In this document: positions 24,701 to 36,139 of the stretch, piece by piece
How positions within the stretch are numbered: position 1 is the first letter of the stretch
Layout: each line of letters starts with the position of its first letter
NCBI GenBank assembly: GCA_030390025.1
Contig: CM059431.1
Coordinates: 147,686,001-147,750,000 of the forward strand
Length of the DNA: 64,000 nucleotides
Direction of reading: 5' to 3'
Source of the DNA: Squalus acanthias
Taxonomy: Eukaryota
The notes under the pieces: generated by a model
What the model saw: only the letters and a program-made list of their open reading frames with translations
Database searches by the model: none
Told to the model about the DNA's origin: nothing
Made by a program: the position numbers and the translations under genes

Positions 24701-25377
24701 CCGAGCAGCGTGGACCACCTGGACGACCTGGTAAACTCTGAAGTTGAGCTAAAATAGTTGTTAATCCTCTGTTAACAAAGGTCAGAATGACCTGAATTGC
24801 CTCCCCCGCCGCTGCATGTCGGGTCTGCTCAGCACTGACAGACCCGAGATTTGGAAACGGCGCATGGGCGGGGGGTTGACAGCGGGGTCCAGACCTGCTG
24901 GGGAAAAATCCAGTTTCCCCACTCGACCTGCCACCGATCGCACTCGCTGACCCCCGTGAAATTCCCCCCTATTCCTGTCACTGGGAATGAACCTCACTCT
25001 GTCCAACACCCCATATATTCAGGGACTGTCAGTAAATGTATTTATTAAATAAAGTGCTGTGTGTGTGAAGCCTTTAAATGTCCCTCAGTCCGGTCTCATT
25101 CCCTGATGATAAGAATTACCCTCCTGGTGCTCAGTGACTGGCTTCGGCATGTTCGGAGAAACTTGCCTCATTTCTGCTGCTCCTTTAATCCCAGATTTTA
25201 TGGGAATGGGGCGATTGTCCCAGTATTAAATGATAAAGCGGTGATTCGCTGTACTTTATGCTCTGTGCATTATATTAATCTGTATAATATCTCGGGGTGA
25301 GTTATATTGTGAAACGCTAACTGCTGCTGTAAAATCCGTCCCTCAGGATTTTATATAACAAGGAGGAGAATTTATTC

Positions 25378-26680
25378 TGAAATAAAAACAGAAAATGCTG
25401 GAAATACCCAGCAGGTCAGGCAGCATCTATAAAGAGAGAAACAGAGTTATTGTTTCAGGTCGAGGACCCTTCGTCAGAACTGGAAAAAGTTACAGATGTA
25501 ACAGATTTTTAAGCAAGTGTCGGGACAGGGAAAGGTGGAGGGAGCGGAGGAAAGAACAAAAGGGAAGGTCTGTGATAGGGTGAAGACAGGAGAGATTAAA
25601 AGACAAAAGGGATGATGGTGCAAGGCAAAAGGAGATGGTAATGGGACAAGTTAAAACTCAAAAGATGAATCTAGATGAGGTGTGAATGGCAGAATCATCA
25701 ACAGCTGTCATGCGACAGGAAAACAAAGGGAACAGGAAAAACAATAATAAAAAAAATAAAATGGCTGCTGAGTTTATAGTCTGAAATTGTTGAACTCGAT
25801 GTCGAGTCCAGAAGGCTGTAAAGTGCCTAATTGAAAGATGAAGTGCTGTTCCTCGATCTTATGTTGTACTTTGTTAGAAGAGAGTAAGAGGCCGAGAATG
25901 GAGAGATCAGAGTGGGAGTGGAGCAGAGAATTAAAGTGATAGGCGACCAGAAGCTCGGGGTTACACTTACGGACTGAGCGGAGGTGTTCCGCAAAGCGGT
26001 CCCCCAATCTGCGTTTTATCTCCCCAATATAGAGGAGACCGCATCGAGAGCAGCGAATACAGTATATTAAATTGCAAGAAGTACAAGTAAATCGCTGTTT
26101 CACCTGGAAGGAGTGCTTGGGGCTCTGGACAGTGAGTAGGAAAAGGTAAAAGGGCAGGTGTTGCATCTCCTGTGCTTGCATGGGAATGTACCGTGGGAAG
26201 GGGAAGGGGTGTTGGGTGTGATTGAGGAGTGGACCAGGGTGTTGTGCAGGGAGCGGTCCCTTCAGAATGCTGAAAGGGGAGGGGAGGGGAAGTTGTGTTT
26301 GGTGGTGGGACCACGCTGGAGGTGGCGGAAATGGCGGAGGATGATCCGTTGAATGCGGAGGCTGGTGGGGTGAAAGGTTAGGACAAGTGGAACCATATCG
26401 TGGTTCCGGGAGAAATGGGAAGTGGTGAGACCAGAAGTGCGGGAAATAGAATGGACACGGTCAAGAGCCGTGTCAACCACGGTAGAGGGGAATCCTCGGT
26501 TGAGGAATAAGGAAGACATGTCGGAAGCACTAATATGGAACGTGGTATCGTCAGAGCAGATGCGGCAGAGACAGAAAAACTGGGAGAATGGACCAGCGTC
26601 CTTACAGGAAGCGAGGTGGGAGGAAGTGTATTCCAGGTAGCTGTGGGAGTCAGAGGGCTAACAGTGAATGTTTGTCAATA
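25378..26680 (-). mobile_element. Penelope-like retroelement 3' portion (RT thumb remnant, GIY-YIG endonuclease, 3' pLTR)
   Basis: ORF 25774-26181 reads FTCTSCNLIYCIRCSRCGLLYIGEIKRRLGDRFAEHLRS...LGTLQPSGLDIEF; an upstream fragment reads FLNRGFPSTVV...PLVLTFHP. Confidence 0.92.
25445..25481 (-). ncRNA. Hammerhead-like motif in the Penelope 3' pLTR (stem III mutated)
   Basis: Minus strand reads AGTT-CTGACGA-A-GGGTC-ctc-GACCT-GAAA-CAAT-AACT, on the same sense as the GIY-YIG ORF. Confidence 0.55.
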
Positions 26681-27774
26681 GCAGCAATAGAGTTTGTTCT
26701 GTCCCGTTACAAGTTTTAAATGTCCCTGTGCTCCTAGTTTATTGGAGAGGGGAGGCTCTCACTTTATTTCCATTAAACCGGCTCTACATTTATTTCAGGT
26801 GTAACTGGCCCGACAGTTTTTGTGGAATTTTCGGAAGTTCCCTCCCCGAGTGGGGCCTCACACACAGGGGACGGATTATGGGGAATACCCGGGTTCACTG
26901 CCCTCGCTTTACCCAGGAGCCGCCCGCTGTGTGCGAGGCCCCACCGCTGGCCGGTGTGTGTCTGTACTCCGGGGCTAATACCCCACAACACGTTAGATTG
27001 GCACCTTTTCACTGGCAGATTTAAGATCCTGAATAACAACCTTTACTCAATGTTCAGGACTGTGTACAGTTGTAAACATTTACAGCGGAAAGATTTCCCG
27101 ATTCCCCAATATTCCCAATCCAGGAAACTTCCCCCTGGACAAGACACAGCCTGCACGGTACTGGAGTAAATATCGAACTGTTAGTGATTTAATCTCGGGT
27201 TTCTCTCCTGTTTCCAGTTGAAATGGTGGATGTGGATAATATTTTAATTTAATTTTATCTTTACTGCTGGATTATATATGATGTTTACATTCTGTTGTCC
27301 AGCCTTATTAAATATAATTCATTGTAATTAAATTATCAGACTCTCAGTGACCAGTAGCTTCAAGGTAAGGGGCAGGAGGTTTAGAGGGGATTTGAGGAAA
27401 AACTTTTTCACCCAGAGAGTTATACAGCACAGAAAGAGGCCCTTCAGCCCATCGTGTCCGCGCCGGCCATCAAACCCTGTCTATTCTAATCCCATTTTCC
27501 AGCACTTGGTCCGTAGCCTTGTATGCTATGGCGTTTCAATTGCTCATCTAAATGCTTCTTGAATGTTGAGGGTTCCTGCCTCTACCACCCTTTCAGGCAG
27601 TGAGTTCCAGATTCCAACCACCCTCTGGGTGAAAATGTTTTTCCTCAAATCCCCTCTAAACCTCCTGCCCCTTACCTTGAAACTATGCCCCCTGGTTATT
27701 GACCCGTCTGCTAAGGGGAAAAGTTCATTTCTATCTACCCTATCTATGCCCTTCATAAACTTGTACACCGGCAG

Positions 27775-28405
27775 CAAACGAGAGCGGCCCTGGGTGGAGC
27801 CTGAGCGAGGACACCGAGGATTTAAAGAGCGGGGGAGAGAGAGAGCGGCCCAGACTCACCGGCAGCAGCAGCAGCCCTGGGTGGAGCCTGAGCGAGGACA
27901 CCGAGGATTTAAAGAGCGGGAGAGAGAGCGGCGCTGGGTGGAGCCTGAGCGAGGACACCGAGGATTTAAAGAGCGGGGGAGAGAGAGAGCGGCCCAGACT
28001 CACCCGCAGCAGCAGTGGCCCTGGGTGGAGCCTGAGCGAGGACACCAAAGATTTAAAGAGCGGGAGAGAGAGCGGCGCTGGGTGGAACCTGAGCGAGCAC
28101 ACCGAGGAATTAAAGAGCGGGGGAGAGAGAGAGCGGCCCAGACTCAACCGCAGCAGCAGCGGCCCTGGGTGGAGCCTGAGCGAGGACACGAAGGATTTAA
28201 GCAGCAGGCGAGCGAGCGAGGCCCAGACTCACTGGCAGCAGCAGCAGCCCTGGGTGGAGCCTGAGCGAGGACACCGAGGATTTAAAGAGCGGGAGAGACA
28301 GCGGCCCTGGGTGGAGCCTGAGCGAGGACACGAAGGATTTAAGCAGCAGGCGAGCGAGCGAGGCCCAGACTCACCGGCAGCAGCAGCGGCCCTGGGTGGA
28401 GCCCT
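27775..28405. repeat. Composite tandem repeat (core CTGGGTGGAGCCTGAGCGAGGACACCGAGGATTTAAAGAGCGGG) at the CR1 5' end
   Basis: About nine copies of the core with alternating long and short spacers. Confidence 0.9.
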
Positions 28406-28746
28406 GAGTACGGTTTAAACAGAGTGCTGCGAGTTGGGAATTGGTTCTTACTTTACACCAAGGAAGGAGTCCGGAACGGGAGCAGTCAAACAACAACAAA
28501 TGCGAAACCGCTAAAGTGACGTCACAACCAGGGAGGGAGCTGATTGGTAAGTAGGACCTGGTGAGTATTTCTACAGTCCAGTCGTTAAAGTAAAAGTAAT
28601 GTCTCTAGTTTAGAGTAAGTAGTGTTTAAAGGGAAGTAATGTTCACAGTGTATTTAATATTCTTTAATTTAAAGGAAGTAAAGGGAGTACATTAAGGGCA
28701 GGACATGGCAGGGCAGCTCGGCTGTGTGGAGTGCTCCTCCTGTGCT

Positions 28747-29159
28747 CGCTGGAGTTTAGAAGAATGAGAGGAGATCTCATTGAAACTTATAAAATTCTAA
28801 CAGGGCTAGACAGACTGGATGCAGGAAGGATGTTCCCGATGGCGGGTGAGTCCAGAACAGGAGGTCATAGTCTAAAGATAAGGGGTAAGCCATTTAGGAC
28901 TGAGATGAGGAGGAATTTCTTCACCCAGAGAGTGGTGAACGTGTGGAATTCTCTACCACAGAAGGCAGTTGAGACCAATTCATTAAATATATTCAAGAAG
29001 GAGTTAGATATATTTCTTAAGGCTAAAGGTATCAAGGGATATGGAGAGAAGGCAGGGACAGGGTACTGAATTTGGATGATCAGCCATGATCTCATCGAAT
29101 GGCGGAGCAGGCTCGAGGGGCCGAATGGCCTACTCCTGCTCGTATCTTCTATGTTTCTA
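28747..29159 (+). mobile_element. Short CR1 3' fragment inserted into the ORF1 Zn finger of another CR1
   Basis: Translates to LEFRRMRGDLIETYKI and ends in an ATGTTTCT tail. TSD TGTGCT at 28741-28746 and 29160-29165. Confidence 0.9.
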
Positions 29160-32100
29160 TGTGCTATGTGGGAAGTCAGGGACACTTTCAGTGTCCAGGG
29201 CGAACACATGTGCAGGAAGTGTCTCCAGCTGCAGCTACTCGAAAACCGCGTTTCAGGGCTGGAGCTGCGGCTGGAGTCACTGTGGAGCATCCGCGAAGCT
29301 GAGATCTTCGTGGATAGCACGTTTAACGAGGTGGTCACACCGCAGATAAAGAGTGCACAGGCAGACAGGGAATGGGTGATCGCCAGACAGAGTAAAAGAA
29401 CTAGGAAGGTAGTGCAGGAGACCCCTAGGTCCATCCCCCTCTCCAACAGATTTTCCATTTTGGATACTGCTGGGGGAGATGATTTCTCAGGGGAATGCAG
29501 CAAGAGCCAAGTCCGTGGCACTACGAGTGTCTCAGCTGCATAGGAGGGGAGGAAAAGAGTGGGAGAACAAGAGTGATAGGGGATTCTATCGTAAGGGGAA
29601 CAGATAGACATTTCTGTGGCCGCAGACGTGACTCCAGGATGGTATGCTGCCAGGGTCAAGGATGTCACTGAACGGCTGCAGTGGAAATCTGAAGGGTGAG
29701 GGCGAACATTTAGAGGTCGTGGTTCACAATTGTACCAAAGACATAGGTAGAAAGAGGGATGAGGTCCTGCAAAAAGAATTTAGGGAGCTAGGTAGCAGAT
29801 TAAAAAGCAGGACCTCAAAGGTTATAACCTCTGGATTACTACCGGTGCCACGTACTAGTGAGTATAGGAATAGGAGGATAGAGCAGATGAATGCGTGGCT
29901 AAAGAGTTGGTGCATGAGGGAGGGCTTTAGCTTCCTGGATCACTGGGTCTGCTTTTGGGGAAGGTGGGACCTGTACAAGTCGGACGGGTTGCACCTGAAC
30001 CGGAACGGGACCAACATCCTTGCAGGGATGTATGCTAGTGCTGCAGGCGGCCGGTTTAAACTAACTTGGCAGGGGGATGGGATACGGAGTGGAGCTATAG
30101 TAGGGGATGATGCATAGCCAAAGAGAGGGAAAAAAGCAACTCAGCCTGGAAGGTTGAGCAAATATGTAACAGCATAAGGGAGTATGGCAAGGCTGGATGA
30201 CATTTATTTTAATGCAAGGAGTCTTGCAAGTAAGGCAGATGAATTGTCGGTGTTGAACACATGGGAGTATGATATTGTTGCTATCACAGAGACATGGTTG
30301 AGGGAGGGGCAGGACTGGCAGCTCAATATTCCGGGGTATATAATCTTCAGGCGAGACAGAGGGGGGTGTAAAAGAGGAGGGGGTGTCGCAATATTAATCA
30401 AGGTGTCAATTACTGCTGTAAGGAGGGATGCTGTCTTAGTAGGTTCCTCTAATGAGGCCATATGGGTAGAACTTAAAAACAAAATGGGGGAAGCACTTTG
30501 CTGGAAGTGTGCTATAGCCCCCAAACAGTCAGGGGGAGATAGAGGAACAGATATGCAGGCAAATCTCAGAGAAGTGTGGTAATAATAGTAGGGGATTTCA
30601 ACTTTCCCAATATTAACTGGAATAATCAGAGTGTGAAAGGCTTAGAGGGTGCGGAATTCTTAAAGTGCATCCAGGTTAGCTTTTTGAGCCAGCATGTAGA
30701 AAGTCTTACAAGAGAGGGGGCGGTACTGGATCTAATTCTAGGGAAAGTAGCCGGGCAAGTGGTAGAAGTATCAGTAGGAGAGCATTTTGGTGACAGTGAC
30801 CATAATTCGGTGAGATTTAAGGTAGTCATGGAAAAGGATAAAGATGGACCGGAAATAAAGGTTCTAAATTGGGGGAATGCCGATTTCAATATGATAAGGC
30901 AGGATCTGGCCAAAGTGGACCGGGATCAGCTAATTGTAGGAAAATCCACATCAGAGCAGTGGGAGTCATTCAGAAAGTAAATAGAGAGAGTACAGCGCCA
31001 ACATGTTCTCGTAAAGGTCAGGGGTGGGACCAACAAGTCCAGGTCCCCCCTCAGCCTTCTCTGCTCGAAGGAAAACAACCCCAGCCTATCCAGTCTCTTC
31101 TCATAGCTGAAGCGCTCCAGCCCAGGTAACATCCTGGTGAATGCACTCTCTCTAATGCAATCACATCCCTCCTATAGTGTGGTGACCAGAACTGCACACA
31201 GTATTCCAGCTGTGGCCGAACTACTGTTTTGTACAGCTCCATCATAACCTCCCTGCTCTTATATTCTATGCCTAAGCTAATGAAGGCAAGTATCCCATAT
31301 GCCTTTTTAACTACCTTATCTACCTGTCCTGCTGCCTTCAGGGATCTATGCACATGCACACCAAGGTCCCACTGATCCTCTGTCCTTCCTAGGGTCCTAC
31401 CATTCATTGTGCATTCCCTTGCCTTGTTAGTCCTCCCAAAATGCAACACCTCACACTTTTCAGGGTTAAATTCCATTTGTCACTGTTCTGCCCATTTGAC
31501 CAACCCGTCTATCTCATTCCTGTAGCCTGAGGATTCCCTCCTCGCTATTTACCACCCCACCAATTTTCATGTCATCTGAGAACTTACTGATCATACCTCC
31601 TACATTCATATCTAAATCATTAATGTACACTACAAACAGCAAAGGACCCAGCACCGATCCCTGCGGTACACCACTGGACACAGGCTTACAGGCACAAAAA
31701 CAACCTTTGACCATCACCCTCTGCCTCCTGCCACTAAGCCAATTTTGGATCCAATGTGCCAAATTGCCCTGGATCCCATGGGCTCTTACCTTCTTAACTA
31801 GTCTCCCATGCGGGACTTGTCAAAAAGCCTTACTGAAGTCCAAGTAGACAGCATCAACTGCACTACCCTCATCCACACACCTAGTCACCTCCTCGAAAAA
31901 TTCAATCAAATTGTTTAGACATGATCTCCCACTGACAAAGCGAATGCTGACTATCCTTGCCTCTCCAAGTGGAGACTAATTCTGTCCCTCAGAATTTTTT
32001 CCAATAATTTCCCTACCACTGATGTTAGGCACACTGGCCTGTAATTCCCTGATTTATCCCTACTACCCTTCTTGAATAATGGTACTACGTTAGCTGTCCT

Positions 32101-34369
32101 CCAGTCTTCAGGCACCTCCCCTGTGGCCAGAGAGGAGCTGAAAATTTGTGTCAGAGCCCCTGAAATCTCCTCCATTGCCTCACACAGCAGCCTGGGATAC
32201 ATCTCGTCTGGGCCTGGGGATTTATCCACTTTTAAGCCCGCTAAAACCGCTAATACCTCCTCCCTCTCGATGCTGATTTGTTCAAGTATATCACAATCCC
32301 CCTGCCTGATTTCTATGCCGACATCATCCTTCTCCACAGTGAACACAGATGCAAAATATTCATTTAAAACGGCTCTACACACAGATTGCCACTTTGGACC
32401 CTAATGGGCCCTACTCTTTCCCAAATTATCCTCTTGCCCTTAATATACTTATAAAACACCTTGGGATTTTCCTTTATTTTGCCCGCCAGTATTTTTTCAT
32501 GCCCTCTCTTTGCTCTCCTAATTTCTTTTTTATGTAACCCCCTGCACTTTCTATACTCTTCTAGGGCTTCCACTGTTTTTAGTCCTTTGTATCTGCCAAA
32601 AGCCTCCATTTTGTTCCCTAATCCATTCTTGTATATCCCTTGACATCCAGGGTTCCCTGGACTTGTTGGTCCCACCTTTGACCTTTACGGGAACATGTTG
32701 TCACTGTACTCTCTCTATTTCCTTTCTGAATGACTCCCACTGCTCTGATGTGGATTTTCCTACAAGTAGCTGATCCCAGTCCACTTTAGCCAGATCCTGC
32801 CTTATTTAGAACCTTTATTTCCGGTCCATCTTTGTCCTTTTCCATGACTACTTTAAATCTCACCAAATTATGGTCACTGTCACCAAAATGCTCTCCTACT
32901 GACACTTCTACCACTTGCCTAGAATTAGGTCCAGTACCACCCCCTCTCTTGTAGGACATTCTGCATGCTGGCTCAAAAAGCTCTCCTGGATGCACTTTAA
33001 GAATTCCGCCCCTTCTCAGCCTTTCACACTCTGACTATCCCAGTTAATATTGGGGAAGTTGAAATCCCCTACTATTATTACCCTATTATTTCTACACTTC
33101 TGAGATTTGACTACATATCTGTTCCTCTATCTCCCCGACTGTTTGGGGGCCTATAGTACACTCCCAGCAAAGTGCTTGCCCCCTTTTTGTTTTCAAGTTC
33201 TACCCATATGGCCTCATTCGAGGAACCTGCTAAGACATCATCCCTCCTTACAGCAGTAATTGACTCCTTGATTAATATTGTGACACCCCCTCCTCTTTTA
33301 CACCCCCCTCTGTCTCGCCTGAAGATTATATACCCCGGAATATTGAGCTGCCAGTCCTGCCCCTCCCTCAACCGTGTCTCTGTGATAGCAACAATATCAT
33401 ACTCCCATGTGTTCAACACCTTTAATTCATCTGCCTTACTCGTAAGACTTCTTGCATTAAAATAAATGCCATCCAGCCTTGCCATACTCCCTTGCGCCGT
33501 TACATATTTGCTGTGCCTTCCAGACTGACTTGTTTTTTCCTCTATATTTGGCTTTGCATCACCCCCTACTATAGCTCCACTCCGTCTCCCATCCCCCTGC
33601 CAAGTTAGTTTAAACCCCCCTCAACAGCACTAGCAAACCTCCCCGCAAGGATGTTGGTCCCTTTCCGGTTCAGGTGCAACTCGTCTGATATGTACAGGTC
33701 CCACCTTCCCCAGAAACAGACCCAGTGATCCAGAAAACTAAAGCCCTCCCTCCTGCACCAACTCTTTAGCCACGCATTCATCTGCTCTATCCTCCTATTC
33801 CTATACTCACTAGCACTTGGCACCGGGAGTAATCCGGAGATTACAACCTTTGAGGTCCCGCTTTTTAATCTGCTACCTAACTCTCTAAATTCTTGTTGCA
33901 GGACCTCATCCCTCTTTCTACCTATGTCGTTCGTACTAATGTGAACCACGACCTCTGACTTTTCGCCCTCCCCCTTCAGAATGCCCTGCAGCCGTTCAGT
34001 GACATCCTTGACCCTGGCACCAGGGAGGCAACATACCATCCTGGAGTCAGGTCTGCGGCTGCAGAAAGGCCTGCCTGCACCCCTCATAATTGAGTCTCCT
34101 ACCACTATTGCCCTTCCACTCTTACTCCTCCCCACTTGTGCAGCTGAGGATAAAGACTGTAAAATCCCTACTTGTTCACAAGGATCCATTTTAGATTCTC
34201 CAGTCCATAGGGAATTTCTAACCGATCCTTTTATTATTGGTCATATTTGTGTTGAATCTTCTTCTCTCTGGTTTAACTGAACTGTTTGTTTCCCTTCATT
34301 ACGGAGCAACAACACAATCCGTGACTGTTCTACAATTCGCCCAACAGTTAGAGACAAATAAACAGTTAC

Positions 34370-36106
34370 CTCAACACCCGGCATTTGTGCAGTACGGGTC
34401 CCAGCCGCTGGAGTCCCTCACACTGAATGGAGCAGAAGTCCAGATCGAGGTGTTTTACTGTATCACAGAGTCCAATGACATGAGACAGGACCGCACAGTC
34501 AATCGGGGTCAATGCCATGTCACTAAATGTGAGTGAGTTCACAGATCCCACTGTGGTCCGAGCCAGTGCTTTATTCTGAGACTCAAACAGGTAGTGGAGT
34601 GTGTTCAGGAGGTTCCTTTTACCAGTTTCACTCTCTGTGTCTCCAATCTGTCCCTCAACCTTCTCCTTCACCCAGTCAATCACTCGGCAGGTGGTTTGAT
34701 GAAGAAATGGACCCAGAAACTCCTTCAGGGGCCGAGCTGACTGAGGAGAGGAGAGACCAGCAACAAAACGGAGAAATATCTCAAATCGCCCATCTTCCTC
34801 GCTGTGGGCTTCTCTGAGGAGTTTCCGGATGTCCCCGGGATCTGGAGTCAGGAATTGTGCGAGTGCGGCTACAAACTCTTGGATGGTGAGGTGCGGGAAT
34901 GTGTACACCACGCTCTGGGCAGAATCATTCCTCTCCAAAAGTTCCATCATGAACCCGACAGGAACTGGGAAGGTTGCAGATTGTACTTGATCAAATCTCC
35001 ATTTCTAAACACAATCTTCTTCTCGGAGACTCCTGTGAAGGCCATCTCACCAAGCTTCAGTAACACATCATGGGGGCTTTCAATCTCTCGGCCATGGTTT
35101 TTCAGAATGTTGTAGATATAGTAGGAATATAGTTGGGTGATGGTCTTGGGAACTCGCTGCTTATTCCTGTCATTTTGTGTAAAGAAGGGACCCAGTGACA
35201 GACCGAGGATGAAGCAGTAGGAAGGGTTGAAGCTCATAGTGTACAGGATCTCGTTCTCCTCCACGTGTTTGAAAACAGCTGCTGCCACCGTCTGATCTTC
35301 AAAAAACTTGTTGAAATATTCCATCCGTTCTTCACCAACAAATCCCAGGATTTCAGCCCAGACACTGATCTCAGCCTTTTCCAATAAATGTAATGCAGTG
35401 GGGCGGCTGGTCACTCGCACTGAACATCCTGGGAGCAGCCTGTGCTGTATTAAACTGTACACAATGTCAGACACTTCACACCAGTCTTCAGGATCTGTGC
35501 ACATGTGCTGAGGTTCTGTATTTCTCCGATTGTCAGCAAAATCGATACTTACCTTGAATTCATCCAAACCATCGAATATAAACAGCAATCCCTCTGGGTT
35601 CTTCCAGAGCTCTCCCAGAATATTCCCAAAGTAAGGATACAGATCCAGTATCAGATTCCTCAGGTTTATTCTACAGTTAATAGCGTTCAAATCCCGGAAT
35701 TTAAAGCTGAAAACAAATTGAAAATGTGGGTATATTTTCCCTGTGGCCCAGTCATGAACAATCTTTTGTACCTTTGTTGTTTTTCCAATCCCCGGGACTC
35801 CGCTCACTGCTCTTGAACTCCCAGAATTGGATTTTCTCCGGGAAAAACTGCTCTGGAACAATTGAACAGTTCGGATTTTTTCCAGTTCTCTCCGGAGATG
35901 TTTCTCTCTCCACTCTTCATGGTCTCGGCCTCTTGCCAGCAGTTCATGTTCTACAAGTGTCCGATCTCGAACAGTAGAAATGACCGTTAGCTCAGCGTAT
36001 CAATCAACCAGCTGGAAAATCTTAACCTTCTCCTTTATTAGGATAGTGTTCACTCTCAGTGTTTCAGTTTGTACCCGCAGTGTTTCCTTGTGTTTCTGTT
36101 GAACAT
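34370..36106 (-). pseudogene. NLR large NACHT/HD/WHD exon
   Basis: DVQQKHKETLRVQTETLRVNTILIKEKVKIFQLVD*YAELTVIS...GVPGIGKTT...LLFIFDGLDEF...VTSRP...YTFPHLTIQEFVAAL...LHKCRVLR|gtaact. Confidence 0.95.
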
Positions 36107-36139
36107 CTTCAATTAGAACAGACAGAAAGTGTTTTCAAT

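Larger units (their letters stand above)
15580..24968 (+). mobile_element. Old Harbinger-like element (outer layer of the nest) with a decayed Myb/SANT-like region at ~17060-17270
   Basis: Translates to PRLAHSSLHMLMEGATARREVLFPSNGRKR...CKHFNDL, resembling MSANTD/NAIF1-type domains. The right end is GC-rich and ends GAAATTCCCCCT. The left terminus is not clearly resolved. Confidence 0.5.
27768..31043 (+). mobile_element. 5'-complete, 3'-truncated CR1 (third family): repeat-rich 5' region, ORF1 (Zn finger, leucine zipper, esterase; ATG at 28705) and the APE domain
   Basis: MAGQLGCVECSSCA|MWEVRDTFSVQGEHMCRKCLQLQLLENRVSGLELRL, followed by the esterase, MARLDDIYFNARSL, GDFNFPNI and SDHNSVRF. Confidence 0.88.
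27420..34150 (-). mobile_element. CR1 LINE (third family) on the minus strand, from ORF1 esterase (33605-34140) through ORF2 to the 3' tail (27420-27768), interrupted at ~27768-31040
   Basis: Translates to IVVGDSIMRG...CLPGARVKDV...LHLNRKG (SGNH esterase), YFNARSL, KSPGPDEMYPRLL and [10 protein letters not shown]. The sequence at 31040 continues the sequence that breaks off at 27768. Confidence 0.88.

Noticed and set aside
27563..28264. 233-aa repeat protein (WVEPERGHRGFKER)n
   Set aside because: Read-through from an antisense CR1 into a tandem repeat; better explained as non-coding CR1 5' repeats.
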